Made by a program: the position numbers and the translations under genes
The notes under the pieces: generated by a model
What the model saw: the letters and a program-made list of their open reading frames with translations, nothing else
Databases searched by the model: none
What the model was told of the DNA's origin: nothing
Virus record (IMG/VR): IMGVR_UViG_3300037141_000243
Location: 1-64,000 of that record
Strand: one strand, 5' to 3'
DNA from: a virus
DNA length: 64,000 nucleotides
In this document: positions 17,934 through 27,619 of the stretch, one piece after another
How positions within the stretch are numbered: the first letter of the stretch is position 1
Layout: each line of letters opens with the position of its first letter

Positions 17934-20312
17934 TTAATTCCCGCCGCGATAATCGTACCAACCAAGCGTATTGAGAGCGACACCTGCCTCCGTTCCATTG
18001 GTATTTATGTCAATTTGCGAAGATGTGTTTGTGCCGACTTCTGCAAAAGCAACTGTGGATGGCACGTACGCATTCGTGTAGCACTGATAATTATTATTCC
18101 CATTGGTGGTGCTGCCTGCGGTTGGGTCGAATAAGACAGTGGCTATAGCAAGTGACGATCCGCAATAGTAATTGAACTTTGCTATGACATTCACGCCAAG
18201 AGGAACTGTTAAAGTTGTGGCAGTTGTTCCAGAACTTAATGTCGCGCTGCTTAAATCTCCAACCGGCGCTGTCCAGATGAAATTTCCGCCTCGTTGCGTG
18301 TAGGCAATGATATGCGCAGAGCCGTCCGTCTTGAACGAACCAAGCCGTCGATATTCTGACCCGGTAATACCGCTTGGCTTGTTGGCGCATGTTGCCGAAG
18401 TGTCGAACGAATAATCCGTTGTCCCGGCGTTTTTCCATTCGCAGACGTGATACCAAGTCGAATTAGCAATCGTGAGGCCGTTCCCCATGCCATTGCTGCC
18501 AGAGCCCGATGCCCAAGCGCCAGCGGTTGATTTGGTGAAGGCTGCCGCCGTCAGTTCATCGGTATTAGTGCTGTCAGCCGCTTGGCAAGCTGCAATGTCA
18601 AGAATGCTGTTAGGTGTGCCGCCATCATTCGAGAGGGTGCAACCGCCGATGCTGTTATAGACAACAGATGATCCGCCGCCGCCCGATGAATTTATCGTGC
18701 AAGATATGGACGAAGAACTGTTGCAGGTACCGGAAACCGTAACGTTGGTTCCGGCGATAATGTCAACGCTCGAAACGCCGCTGCCAGCACCTGTGTTGCA
18801 ATTAATGACCGTGCCGGAAGATGTGTAAGTGCAATAATCGCCATTGGTCAGCGTGCCAAACGTAACGGTCGCGCCAGGCATCTGGGCGGCGGCAACTGCT
18901 CCGCTGATATTGGTGAACGCAGGCTGCGCCGAACTCCACACACCATTGGCGCTCAATCCAGTAAGGAAATTGTTCGTGACTGGCGTAAAGGCCGGAACGA
19001 TGTTTGCCGAGATCGCTGACCATGCGCCGGTCCCAACCTTTTTCAGAATGTACCAGCCGTAGGTATTGTCTACCTGGATGGAGGCATTGACGCCGTTGAT
19101 CGTGTCGGTGCCGTTTGGAGCGACTAAAAGATGATAAGTGGCTCCAACCGCGCCGCAATCGCCAACCACAATCTCCTGCCCGGTCGTGTAGCTGGTCGTA
19201 GCCAGCAGCGAGAGAGTGCGATTTGCGGTGAACGTGGTCGAGAAGCAAGCCGCCTTATCGGTACTCGCCATCGTGTAATTGCTGTCGGCGGCGTGATTGG
19301 TAAGCTGTGCTTCGGTGAATGTGGCGCTGCCCGCGCTGCCGCTTACCGTAAAGCCAAGGCCAGCCGATAGTGTTGCGGTATTGGTAACGCTGTTGCCGAG
19401 AAGGTCTTGGGTAGTTAGGGGTGAACCGCTACTGGTCGATGTAATAATACCCCCCGTGCAGGTGATCGTAGTCCCGTCGCACTTGACGCCGCCGAAGGCC
19501 GCCGTCGTGGCCAACGGAAGGATCGAAGGGGTGAGGAGGCCACCGCTTGTTGTCTCAACGATGGTGCTGTTGCCGGTCAGGCCGTAAGGAAGCTCCTGGA
19601 GAACACCGCTCGTGTCGATTTCCACGCGCCCGCTCGTACCGGAAGTTATGGTCGTCGATCCAACCGTTAGGCCGCCGGACCCGGCGGGGGTGGACCACGT
19701 ATTGTCGCCGCGAAGATACGTTGTGCTGCCGGGCGTACCAGTCGCTGTCGTTCCGGTCGAAGCTACGAGCCCGCCCGCATTCGTCAGCGTAAGCGAAGAC
19801 GGAGTTCCACCAGCACCGTTGAATAGAACAGGAGCGCCGGCTGAGCCAACGTTTACCCCAAGGGCTGTAAGAATACCGGTCCCGGTTGTAGTAGTCGATG
19901 GCGCTGATCCAGCCCCGCCACCAATCACCAAGGCGCTCGTCGCAAGCACCCCGCTGGAAAGCCACGTGCTGCTGCTATTGAAATACGGGATACCGCCGCT
20001 GGTGCCGGCAACCGTAAACGCCAAGGTACCCGTGCTTGTAATCGGGGAGCCGGCAATTGAAAGCAGGCCGCCAACAAAAGTCGCGCCAACATGGGTAACT
20101 GTTCCGCTACCGGTACCGCCACCGGTACCGCACGCATTACCGTTCGCATCCATCGTGCCTTGAAGCAAAGACCCCACCGTATAGGTAGGCGCTCCGCATG
20201 ACGCGACGACCCGGTATTGCGGGCCAGCACCAGAGCTGATCCCTTGTGAAACAGCAGGGCCAATAAACGCAAACGCAAATAGCGGTGCGGCAAAGAGTAA
20301 TTTTCTGATCAT
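17934..20312 (-). CDS. Fibre-like protein with N-terminal signal peptide
   Basis: MIRKLLFAAPLFAFAFIGPAVSQ; Gly/Thr/Ser-rich; YLRGDNTW fibre motif; C-terminal TWYHV...YRRLGSFKTD domain. Confidence 0.65.
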   Translation of the reverse strand: MIRKLLFAAPLFAFAFIGPAVSQGISSGAGPQYRVVASCGAPTYTVGSLLQGTMDANGNACGTGGGTGSGTVTHVGATFVGGLLSIAGSPITSTGTLAFTVAGTSGGIPYFNSSSTWLSSGVLATSALVIGGGAGSAPSTTTTGTGILTALGVNVGSAGAPVLFNGAGGTPSSLTLTNAGGLVASTGTTATGTPGSTTYLRGDNTWSTPAGSGGLTVGSTTITSGTSGRVEIDTSGVLQELPYGLTGNSTIVETTSGGLLTPSILPLATTAAFGGVKCDGTTITCTGGIITSTSSGSPLTTQDLLGNSVTNTATLSAGLGFTVSGSAGSATFTEAQLTNHAADSNYTMASTDKAACFSTTFTANRTLSLLATTSYTTGQEIVVGDCGAVGATYHLLVAPNGTDTINGVNASIQVDNTYGWYILKKVGTGAWSAISANIVPAFTPVTNNFLTGLSANGVWSSAQPAFTNISGAVAAAQMPGATVTFGTLTNGDYCTYTSSGTVINCNTGAGSGVSSVDIIAGTNVTVSGTCNSSSSISCTINSSGGGGSSVVYNSIGGCTLSNDGGTPNSILDIAACQAADSTNTDELTAAAFTKSTAGAWASGSGSNGMGNGLTIANSTWYHVCEWKNAGTTDYSFDTSATCANKPSGITGSEYRRLGSFKTDGSAHIIAYTQRGGNFIWTAPVGDLSSATLSSGTTATTLTVPLGVNVIAKFNYYCGSSLAIATVLFDPTAGSTTNGNNNYQCYTNAYVPSTVAFAEVGTNTSSQIDINTNGTEAGVALNTLGWYDYRGGN

Positions 20313-20680
20313 TGGAATTGCCCCGTCAAGATTTGCATGTTGGTCATATTCGCGGTCGATCCTGTGGTGTTGGCAATGGCAGCTACAAAGGAAAGGTAAG
20401 GCACCTTGTCTGTAGTGCCGACAGACCCCGGCGTTGCAATAACCAAAGCCTGGGTCGATACATCAATCAGGATAGTCCCGGCCAGATCGGCGTAGCGGGT
20501 AACCGTAAGAGTTACCGCCTGATCAGATGTTGCGTAGAAAACTATCCCGCCAAAACCTGCCGGCATAAGATCAGATGACCATGTCCCGGTAGTGGCTACC
20601 AAGCTCGCGGGAAATGGAATAGGTGGCACAGCGGGCATCGTCCCACAATTTGGGTAAGATTTCAGAGGCGTAAGAGCCAT
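20309..20680 (-). CDS. Hypothetical beta-rich protein
   Basis: 123 aa, coupled to the next gene. Confidence 0.55.
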   Translation of the reverse strand: MALTPLKSYPNCGTMPAVPPIPFPASLVATTGTWSSDLMPAGFGGIVFYATSDQAVTLTVTRYADLAGTILIDVSTQALVIATPGSVGTTDKVPYLSFVAAIANTTGSTANMTNMQILTGQFQ

Positions 20681-20774
20681 TCGGGTTTGTCCTTTTCAGG
20701 GGGAAAGGAAATAGGCAAAAGCCAAAGCGGTAATGCCAATCAGGATCATCCACGTGATGAAACTGTAAAACATC

Positions 20775-21611
20775 TTAGGCATTCTGTTGTTCGCGCACAG
20801 CCTTGAGGGCGTCGCGACCCTTAGCCGTTATCATGGACGCGGGGAGGTCCGAGATTGAGTATTGATACTCGTAATGGCAAGAACAGTAAATTAGCTCCCC
20901 AGGTTTTTCAATGCTATCCGTGTAACCATTGGGACCTTTGTTCATAAACCCCGCCTTCATCGCCCAATTGTTCTTGACGGCGTAAATCTTACCCTCGCGG
21001 GCAATATGCTCAGGCCGCGGATCATAGCCGGCGCGTCGTCCTGTGTGACGCCAGATGGCAGCAATAGCCCCGCCATCGGTTGCGATGATCTCGTTGATCG
21101 CAGACACCAGCTTGGCGTTCTGGTCAATGAGTACCCGGCGCTCTTCAAAGGGCAGGCCCTTAACCGCTTTCTTGATGCCCTTCTTGGCGTCAACCTTATC
21201 GGTCGCCTTGCTGCCGCCCTTGGGTATGGATGTAGCCCAACCCTGGAAGCGGCGTAAGGTGGCTTCCGTCATCTCCTCGCGATTCAATTTGATCAGGCTG
21301 GCGCTCGCCATGATGCGGCGATCCAGCTCGGCGCGAAGGTGGGGTGCGATGCGGTCTATTGTAAAGCGTTCCACGCCTTGGTGGAATTGTGCGATGTTGC
21401 CTTGCTCGATCATCTTCTTGTAAGTCAGGGTCAGCACCTCACGCAACATTTCATCTAATTTGTAGAGTGGCACAAAGCTGGTATCAATTGCGTCACGCAG
21501 GCGCTTGGTCCAGTAGGCCACGCGAGCGGGATCGTCGTAGCCATGCTCCGCCATATTGGCGACTGCCTCATTCAAAATTGAATAGAAGTCGTCCCGTTTA
21601 TTGGGGGGCAT
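20775..21611 (-). CDS. Head morphogenesis protein (MuF/SPP1 gp7-like)
   Basis: W......R.EH..REGK.Y and KPGELIYCSC motifs; downstream of the portal. Confidence 0.75.
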   Translation of the reverse strand: MPPNKRDDFYSILNEAVANMAEHGYDDPARVAYWTKRLRDAIDTSFVPLYKLDEMLREVLTLTYKKMIEQGNIAQFHQGVERFTIDRIAPHLRAELDRRIMASASLIKLNREEMTEATLRRFQGWATSIPKGGSKATDKVDAKKGIKKAVKGLPFEERRVLIDQNAKLVSAINEIIATDGGAIAAIWRHTGRRAGYDPRPEHIAREGKIYAVKNNWAMKAGFMNKGPNGYTDSIEKPGELIYCSCHYEYQYSISDLPASMITAKGRDALKAVREQQNA

Positions 21612-22084
21612 TATTTCTTCAAACGCCGCGTGCGCTCAGCGTAGTCTACTATATCCCCGCTGGGCACCATGCGAAACTTTCCATCACCGAGAGGATCAGA
21701 ACCGTAATCCCCCGGTCGATTTGTATTTATTGCCCGACGAATTGGGGTAAGTGTTTTACGATCAAGTTCATAAGCGCCCATAACTGTGGGGCGCTCTTGA
21801 TCCCGTAATTTATCAGAACCCTTTGCATCGCTACGCAGCTTACCATTCAGGCTAATTTTTGCTTCTCTATACCCCAGGCCAAGCGGATCGGGGGAGGGCC
21901 TAAGACGTTTCAATTGTTTTTCTGCCGCCTCACGTGTGCGCTCAATCGAACTAGTACGCCCATCGGAACCAATAACGTGGAAAAACACACCGTTATTATT
22001 GTGCTGTTGGATAAAGGGCGTAATCGCGTCAGCCTTTGCCTTTAGGCTATCCAGCCGCGCGGCAATGTCCTGAAGCTTTCCCAT
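21611..22084 (-). CDS. Hypothetical protein, candidate second capsid cargo
   Basis: Starts MGKLQDIAARLDSLKAKADA, similar to a scaffold helix; internal RSDA. Confidence 0.6.
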   Translation of the reverse strand: MGKLQDIAARLDSLKAKADAITPFIQQHNNNGVFFHVIGSDGRTSSIERTREAAEKQLKRLRPSPDPLGLGYREAKISLNGKLRSDAKGSDKLRDQERPTVMGAYELDRKTLTPIRRAINTNRPGDYGSDPLGDGKFRMVPSGDIVDYAERTRRLKK

Positions 22085-22299
22085 TAGAATCCATTTCCCA
22101 TCAAGCGATGTACCGATGCATAGCAATCCAGCAAACCCTCCAGAGCGGTAATGGTCTGGAATCTCTTATCATCAAGAATCTGCCAATCGCAGCGCCTACA
22201 GGCATCCTGGTACTCAGACATACCCGTGTTAAAGGCCATGGTGGCCCTTTCGGTCTGCAAGGAGGCTTGCTTAAGGACCTCGGCAGAGATGGCCGCCAT
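22084..22299 (-). CDS. Hypothetical protein
   Basis: 71 aa, overlapping both neighbours by one base. Confidence 0.55.
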   Translation of the reverse strand: MAAISAEVLKQASLQTERATMAFNTGMSEYQDACRRCDWQILDDKRFQTITALEGLLDCYASVHRLMGNGF

Positions 22300-23798
22300 T
22301 AGCCCGCTGTGCCCGCCTCACGGCGATCCTGGAGCAGGCGCAAGAGCTGGCGGCTTTCAATCCGGCCCCGCGTGCTGTCCTTGGAGCTGAACGGGGCTTC
22401 CGGCTTCTCTTGGCCAAGGGCCGCTTGTTGGGGCGGCTCGTAATCAGCAATGGCTTGGTAATCCATAACAAGCGGGGCAGAGAACAGCTTCTTGAGGTCG
22501 TTGATATTATCCGCAGCCCACTGAATCAGTACCGCTTTGTTGTCTGGATCAATTTCGGGGATCAATACCTCGAGGATCGCGATGATGGCTTTAAGCTGTA
22601 CATCGTCTTTCTTTACAAGTTCCGATTCAGGCTCGGTAAGCAGCGATGGCCAGATTGCGCTGAAGCTGTTCTGCCATTTGTAGAACGCTTCTTCGTAGCT
22701 GGTCTTACCGTATTCCTTGGGGAAGAGATTCTGGATGGTGGCGTAGAATTCTTGATTCCAAGCGCGGTGCATCACAATGCGGTCAAAGAAAGCGTAAAGG
22801 GGCTGCATCTGAACGCGGACCTTGTCGATGTACCGGGCCACATATTTGGCGTCCTCGGTGCCTTCGCCAAAGCCTTCCGCAAAGGTTTCCGCATTCAGTA
22901 TCTTGGCCGGCATGTCTGCACCGCTGGCAATGTTCTCCAAGATGTTCTTGCGGCTCTCTGACATGGCAGTATTGACGTTCTGCATGTTGAGCGTCTCGAT
23001 GTCTTCGTCAGGCGTGATACCGATCACATTGCCGGTTACCGCTTCCTTGACAAAATTACGCTTAAGGCCAGCCAGGAACGCCATCGCCTGATCCACCACC
23101 GATCCAGGCTGCTTCATCTTGGCAACAATAACGCCGGCCTTAAGGCTTACCAAATCGTCCGTCACCATGGTCTGGATAAAAGACTTCAGCGGGTAGAGCG
23201 GGCGCTGGTAAACAGAGCGGCCCACATAACCAAAGGCGGATGTGGTATACCCGATATAGATTGGCTTTTCGTTCAGGATAGTCACTGTCCGACTGCGGTG
23301 GTAAGGCACGCCGCTTACGCTAATGCTCCGCACCTTCTGGAAATCAAGATCATTGGGATTTTGATTGAGGACCAAGCTGCCGGATGTGTTCAGCGGATCG
23401 TATACATTGAAGCTGATGTCGGCCTTTGCCAGCCCCTTGAAATCCATCGGCTTAGTCGACACCCAGCCATCAACTAGCATCGCAATGCTGGCAATACCGT
23501 AAACCCGTGACCACCCCATCGTATCCGCAATATGACCGTCGGCCCCGATCTTGTCCCATTCCCGCTTAAAGGCTTCGACGACCTTTTCCTCAGGGCTATC
23601 GGGGCAGGTAATGATGCGGGGTTTGAATTGCGCCATGTCGATAGGCGTGTCAGCAAGCTTCTTACCCAAAGTGTGGTATTGATAAATTACCTTACACATC
23701 TGATAGCTGGGATCAGACCCCGGAAGGATTTGGTCACAGGCCATGATGTCCCATAACGGATTACCTATATTGGACCCGTTAAACTGGATGGTAGCCAT
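22299..23798 (-). CDS. Portal protein (DUF1073-type)
   Basis: 499 aa after the terminase; WSRVYG, YHRSR, ASGADMPAKIL, GEGTED motifs. Confidence 0.8.
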   Translation of the reverse strand: MATIQFNGSNIGNPLWDIMACDQILPGSDPSYQMCKVIYQYHTLGKKLADTPIDMAQFKPRIITCPDSPEEKVVEAFKREWDKIGADGHIADTMGWSRVYGIASIAMLVDGWVSTKPMDFKGLAKADISFNVYDPLNTSGSLVLNQNPNDLDFQKVRSISVSGVPYHRSRTVTILNEKPIYIGYTTSAFGYVGRSVYQRPLYPLKSFIQTMVTDDLVSLKAGVIVAKMKQPGSVVDQAMAFLAGLKRNFVKEAVTGNVIGITPDEDIETLNMQNVNTAMSESRKNILENIASGADMPAKILNAETFAEGFGEGTEDAKYVARYIDKVRVQMQPLYAFFDRIVMHRAWNQEFYATIQNLFPKEYGKTSYEEAFYKWQNSFSAIWPSLLTEPESELVKKDDVQLKAIIAILEVLIPEIDPDNKAVLIQWAADNINDLKKLFSAPLVMDYQAIADYEPPQQAALGQEKPEAPFSSKDSTRGRIESRQLLRLLQDRREAGTAG

Positions 23799-23819
23799 TT
23801 GGGGTGTTGGGTATTTCCT

Positions 23820-24290
23820 CTAATGCCTGTTAGCCCGCCCGGACATTAGTTCCTGGGGCGTTAGCTGGCGGATAAATGTAGACGGTTCATAAGTCGATTT
23901 GCTGGCCCGGTCAGCCTTGACGGCCCTGACCATACGCATCTCGTCCTCAAGGCGGGCGAAATGCTTTTTCAGGGTTTGGGGCACAACATCGTATCGGTTT
24001 GCCAGGCTCTCAAGGCTTTCGCCTGATTTGTGCCGGCTGTAGGCGTCAGTGACCTGCCCCATCGTCATGTGGTATAGGGTAGTCCGATGAATACGTCCTA
24101 TAGCGTCAACGCGGTGCCCATCGTGGGGCTGGATCAGCTTGCGCCGTATCAACAATTGGTAAAGGGCTTGGCGAGTAACAGGGACACCAAATTCCTGGAT
24201 GATGTCCTCAAGCGGCACCTTGGCGTTGTAGCGGTCAGCCATCTTAACGGCCAGCTCGTAGCTGCACCATTTCATCCGTGGGCCGCCCAT
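23820..24290 (-). CDS. HTH-containing protein
   Basis: GESLESLANRYDVVPQTLKKH helix-turn-helix pattern. Confidence 0.55.
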   Translation of the reverse strand: MGGPRMKWCSYELAVKMADRYNAKVPLEDIIQEFGVPVTRQALYQLLIRRKLIQPHDGHRVDAIGRIHRTTLYHMTMGQVTDAYSRHKSGESLESLANRYDVVPQTLKKHFARLEDEMRMVRAVKADRASKSTYEPSTFIRQLTPQELMSGRANRH

Positions 24291-24312
24291 TTCAAACTAC
24301 CAGAATAATGTT

Positions 24313-24432
24313 CTAGATGACCCAAACCACAAAACGCACAACGTATACAAAACCAAGCCCCATCAAGACAACTGATCCAACAACGAGGTAAACCGCAAAG
24401 ACGGGGCCGGCAAGATCGGAAAAGGATCGCAT
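24313..24432 (-). CDS. Small membrane peptide
   Basis: GGAGG SD; hand-translated 39 aa hydrophobic ORF. Confidence 0.45.
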   Translation of the reverse strand: MRSFSDLAGPVFAVYLVVGSVVLMGLGFVYVVRFVVWVI

Positions 24433-24445
24433 GACAAAGTCCTCC

Positions 24446-25741
24446 CTAATATCCATCAGTATTTCCCAAGGCTAACGCGATACCGTAACAAAACACGTCC
24501 AAAAGGTCATCCTCGCGCCCTGGCGTTTTATCACCAATCCTAAAGCCACAGACTTGTGACAGGAAATGATTACGCGTTGCGCCCTTATAGCTCACAGTCT
24601 TGTCATACGCGTGGGCAGATAGCTTTACCTTTTCCTGGAAGAAGTACCCGGACGCATTGATCGCCCGCTCATCCTTACCCATTGCGGTAAGGTCTGACTC
24701 AATTTCATGCACGTTTTGCCCACGCCGCTTGGCCTGTTGCAGGAGAATGGAGCCGGACGACTTGTCCTCGATGTAGGCCCCAATTGATCCTGACCTTGCG
24801 TGGGTAAGCTGGGCTAATTCTTCAAGCCGGCGAAATACGTTTGGTAGCCAGGTCTCAAGCAAGGCCCCCTCGATCTGCTGGATGTCCCAATCAAGCAATA
24901 CAAGCGGGTAGCCTTTACCAAACTTGGACCGGCTAAAGTAGCCAACCGCCGTACCATCGTTATCCTTGCCGGTCTTGACCGCCGTATCGATGACCGCAAA
25001 GACTGAATCGCATTGTGCGGGCATAGCGACAGGCTGACCATTGACCAACATCTTGTCCTTGGCAAAGAACGCCACCCCGGACCAATCGACAAAGTCGGCT
25101 AATATCTCTTGAGCGTAAACCAGGGGGTGCATGGTCTTGGCCCACGCTTCCAGGTCCTCGCGCGGCAGCAGCGGGTTCTGCTGGCTTGGGGCGTGGTATT
25201 CCTTAAAACCGTGTTCCGGCTCGTTACATATCTTCCAGAAGAATTGATCCGGGTCAGCGCCGTTGGTATTGGACAGGACCAAAGCTGATCCACGGTAATC
25301 AAGTAAAGTCGGCTTGATCGCCTTGGACCAAATGTCCATCATGTTAGGCTTGGTAAACGCAGCCTCATCGATGATGACTTTGTGGTACTTGCGCGAACGA
25401 CCGGCGGATAAGTCTTCCAGGGTCCAGAAGTCTAAGCGGCCCCCGGTAATGGTCCGGATAATGTCGCGGCCCCCGCTTGGGTATTTCCTTACCGGCTCAA
25501 TCACTTCCGATATTTCGTTAATGATTTCTGTGAGGCGCTTGTAGTCGGGGGCGAAGTAACCGACCAGCTCCGACTTGATCAGAGCGTCCTCAGCAATGAT
25601 GCTCCCGAAGGTGCTCTTGCCCCAGCGCCGGCCACAGCGGACCGCGTAGTAGCGGGAGCGGTTGTCAAAGCAGCTTACCTGTCCTGAATGCAGGGTCGGG
25701 AGGTCTACCTCGATTTCCCGATGCTTTCCAGCGGCACTCAT
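24446..25741 (-). CDS. terL: Terminase large subunit
   Basis: Walker A CGRRWGKS, Walker B VIIDEAAF, RNase H-like IDTA..DGTA, IEDKSSG, EDDLLD. Confidence 0.93.
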   Translation of the reverse strand: MSAAGKHREIEVDLPTLHSGQVSCFDNRSRYYAVRCGRRWGKSTFGSIIAEDALIKSELVGYFAPDYKRLTEIINEISEVIEPVRKYPSGGRDIIRTITGGRLDFWTLEDLSAGRSRKYHKVIIDEAAFTKPNMMDIWSKAIKPTLLDYRGSALVLSNTNGADPDQFFWKICNEPEHGFKEYHAPSQQNPLLPREDLEAWAKTMHPLVYAQEILADFVDWSGVAFFAKDKMLVNGQPVAMPAQCDSVFAVIDTAVKTGKDNDGTAVGYFSRSKFGKGYPLVLLDWDIQQIEGALLETWLPNVFRRLEELAQLTHARSGSIGAYIEDKSSGSILLQQAKRRGQNVHEIESDLTAMGKDERAINASGYFFQEKVKLSAHAYDKTVSYKGATRNHFLSQVCGFRIGDKTPGREDDLLDVFCYGIALALGNTDGY

Positions 25742-25743
25742 GG

Positions 25744-26229
25744 TTAGGTAGTCGGACCAGCGTGGCCTGCCGGGATACCGCTAGACCCCACAAAGCCGTG
25801 CCAATGGCAGCCCTCGGTAGGCTTTCGTTTGGCATCAAGCAGGATGGAAGGCGTCAGGACCAAATTGTCGATCGTGGTGCCGCTGGCGGTCCATCGGGAC
25901 GGTTTACCATCAGCGTCGTGGCTGCTTGCCTCGTCTGGAACGTTGCGGCCAGCAAACGTCACCATAACGGCGTGCGTCCCTACAGACCCCCCGTTTTTGG
26001 TAAAGCACTTGGGGCACAGGAACATGATGTGGTCCGCTTCGGCAACGGTCGCAACGTCGTGATGCCCGTACCGGGTAGGCGTCGGGCTCCACATGAACTT
26101 GCTGCCGTCGTCCTCCCGGAAGAGGTACATCCCCTTACAGTCGCCCTCCTCGGTCTCGATCTCGGACGTGGTAACGGCCACGGTCTTTTGCAAGTCCGCT
26201 TCAAGCTGCCGCAGGGGTATTGATGTCAT
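25744..26229 (-). CDS. DUF6527-like protein
   Basis: FLCPKC...RW...LVLTPSILL...GCHWHGFV. Confidence 0.55.
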   Translation of the reverse strand: MTSIPLRQLEADLQKTVAVTTSEIETEEGDCKGMYLFREDDGSKFMWSPTPTRYGHHDVATVAEADHIMFLCPKCFTKNGGSVGTHAVMVTFAGRNVPDEASSHDADGKPSRWTASGTTIDNLVLTPSILLDAKRKPTEGCHWHGFVGSSGIPAGHAGPTT

Positions 26230-26801
26230 TTGCCGGTAGGCAATCCGCCCTTGACGATGATCTTCAACGGCTTGTCAGGATCGAAGCCGGTCTCGCTGCG
26301 GTCTTTCCAGTTCTCAGGGTCACGATTGGTAAGCCAGAACTTGATCTGATTGTCCGAAGGAGGCACGTGTTCCATTGTGGGCACACGCACGACTCGCTTG
26401 CCGACGACCACGATCTTCTCGCTCGGATAGCTGTACCCTGTCGCCTTTGCATAGCCGGCACGGACGACACGCTCGTCCGCAGCGTCCTTACCTCTACGAC
26501 ACGCATTAAAGAACTCTTGATGTCTTGTACCCCAATTCCAAATGGTAACCACTGTTACCCCAAAGAATTCAGCCAGCTCAGCGTCCGTCGCCCCCATTTC
26601 GCACAGCTTCTTCGCCATTGTGCAGAAGGCCGGATCATAGGTGCTGGGTTGGCCCCCGTTCTTTTGGATGTCCTGGGCTACGCGCTGCACGTCTTTGGCG
26701 TGTTTGCGGCGCTGCTTCTTCGATCCCTTGACGTTGGCTGGGTAGGTACGCTTTTTCTTCCCCTTCTTCGAGGCTTTGCGTACGACCTTGGCTTTCGGCA
26801 T
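26226..26801 (-). CDS. terS: Terminase small subunit
   Basis: GQPSTYDP..GATDAELAEFFGV..TIWNW..H.EF, ATGY, IKFWLTNRDPENWKD. Confidence 0.85.
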   Translation of the reverse strand: MPKAKVVRKASKKGKKKRTYPANVKGSKKQRRKHAKDVQRVAQDIQKNGGQPSTYDPAFCTMAKKLCEMGATDAELAEFFGVTVVTIWNWGTRHQEFFNACRRGKDAADERVVRAGYAKATGYSYPSEKIVVVGKRVVRVPTMEHVPPSDNQIKFWLTNRDPENWKDRSETGFDPDKPLKIIVKGGLPTGK

Positions 26802-26802
26802 C

Positions 26803-27135
26803 TTATCTGCCGGCCATCAGCTGTTGTTTGGTAAGGCTGGGAATGCAATTGGGTGGGGGGCATTGCCTGTGCGGGACAGGGCCGTAGAATGATTCGTCCT
26901 GGTATTTAAGCGATTCCCTTGGCTTAGTGTGCTTGACAACGCGCTCAGGCTTGAATCGGTTATACCCGGCGGTATCGCCGTATTCAGAGCGAAACAAACT
27001 GTAATACTTTTGCGCGATCCTTTCGCTGCAATGTACCAAACCTGCGGCAAAGCTGGGGCGCATACCCTTACGCCACACATCCAGAAGGATGTTCAATTCT
27101 TCCTCATTTAGGTGCTGTGCGCGAGTGCGGGTCAT
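26803..27135 (-). CDS. Hypothetical HTH-like protein
   Basis: 110 aa, coupled to gcrA; HTH-like N-terminus. Confidence 0.55.
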   Translation of the reverse strand: MTRTRAQHLNEEELNILLDVWRKGMRPSFAAGLVHCSERIAQKYYSLFRSEYGDTAGYNRFKPERVVKHTKPRESLKYQDESFYGPVPHRQCPPPNCIPSLTKQQLMAGR

Positions 27136-27596
27136 GCTGCCTTCTGTTGTCTGTTGTAGATTGTGTTGTCTTTATGCCACTGACACCAGCGGTCGTGGTA
27201 ATCGCCTGTTGGATGCCCACACATTTGAAATCCCTTCGCAGGATCATCGTGGGTATATTGACAATGTCCTGGGGCAGGGAAATCATTCTGTGGGCCTACA
27301 AAAGTAGGCTCGTGGATGATGGAGATTATGGTGGGGGGTGGGGGTATCGGGGTGGTTTTGACACGCTGGATACGACAGCTTAAATCGCGGTTGTTGGTTG
27401 TTCTTAGCCTAGCCCATTCTTGGCCGGCTGCCCTGGCCCGGCTTACAATACCAACAACAACCTGTCGCGTTATGCTTGGGTAATTGTGTATCATCTTACT
27501 CGCAATGACCTGGGCGCTGTCGCCCTTAATCCATAGCTGCTGAATAAAACGCTTACCCGCGTCGTCGACACACGATTTTAGCCCGAAGTGTATCAT
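27132..27596 (-). CDS. gcrA: GcrA-family transcription factor
   Basis: QQLWIKGDSAQVIA..ITRQVVVGIVSR N-domain and C..D.....MCG......WC.WH C-domain. Confidence 0.75.
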   Translation of the reverse strand: MIHFGLKSCVDDAGKRFIQQLWIKGDSAQVIASKMIHNYPSITRQVVVGIVSRARAAGQEWARLRTTNNRDLSCRIQRVKTTPIPPPPTIISIIHEPTFVGPQNDFPAPGHCQYTHDDPAKGFQMCGHPTGDYHDRWCQWHKDNTIYNRQQKAA

Positions 27597-27619
27597 TATT
27601 TCCCAACCCCTTAAGAATG

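Noticed and set aside
26190-26229. RQLEADL at the start of the DUF6527-like gene resembles TerL REIEVDL, a possible third terminus duplication
   Set aside because: Too short, and the DNA similarity is weak
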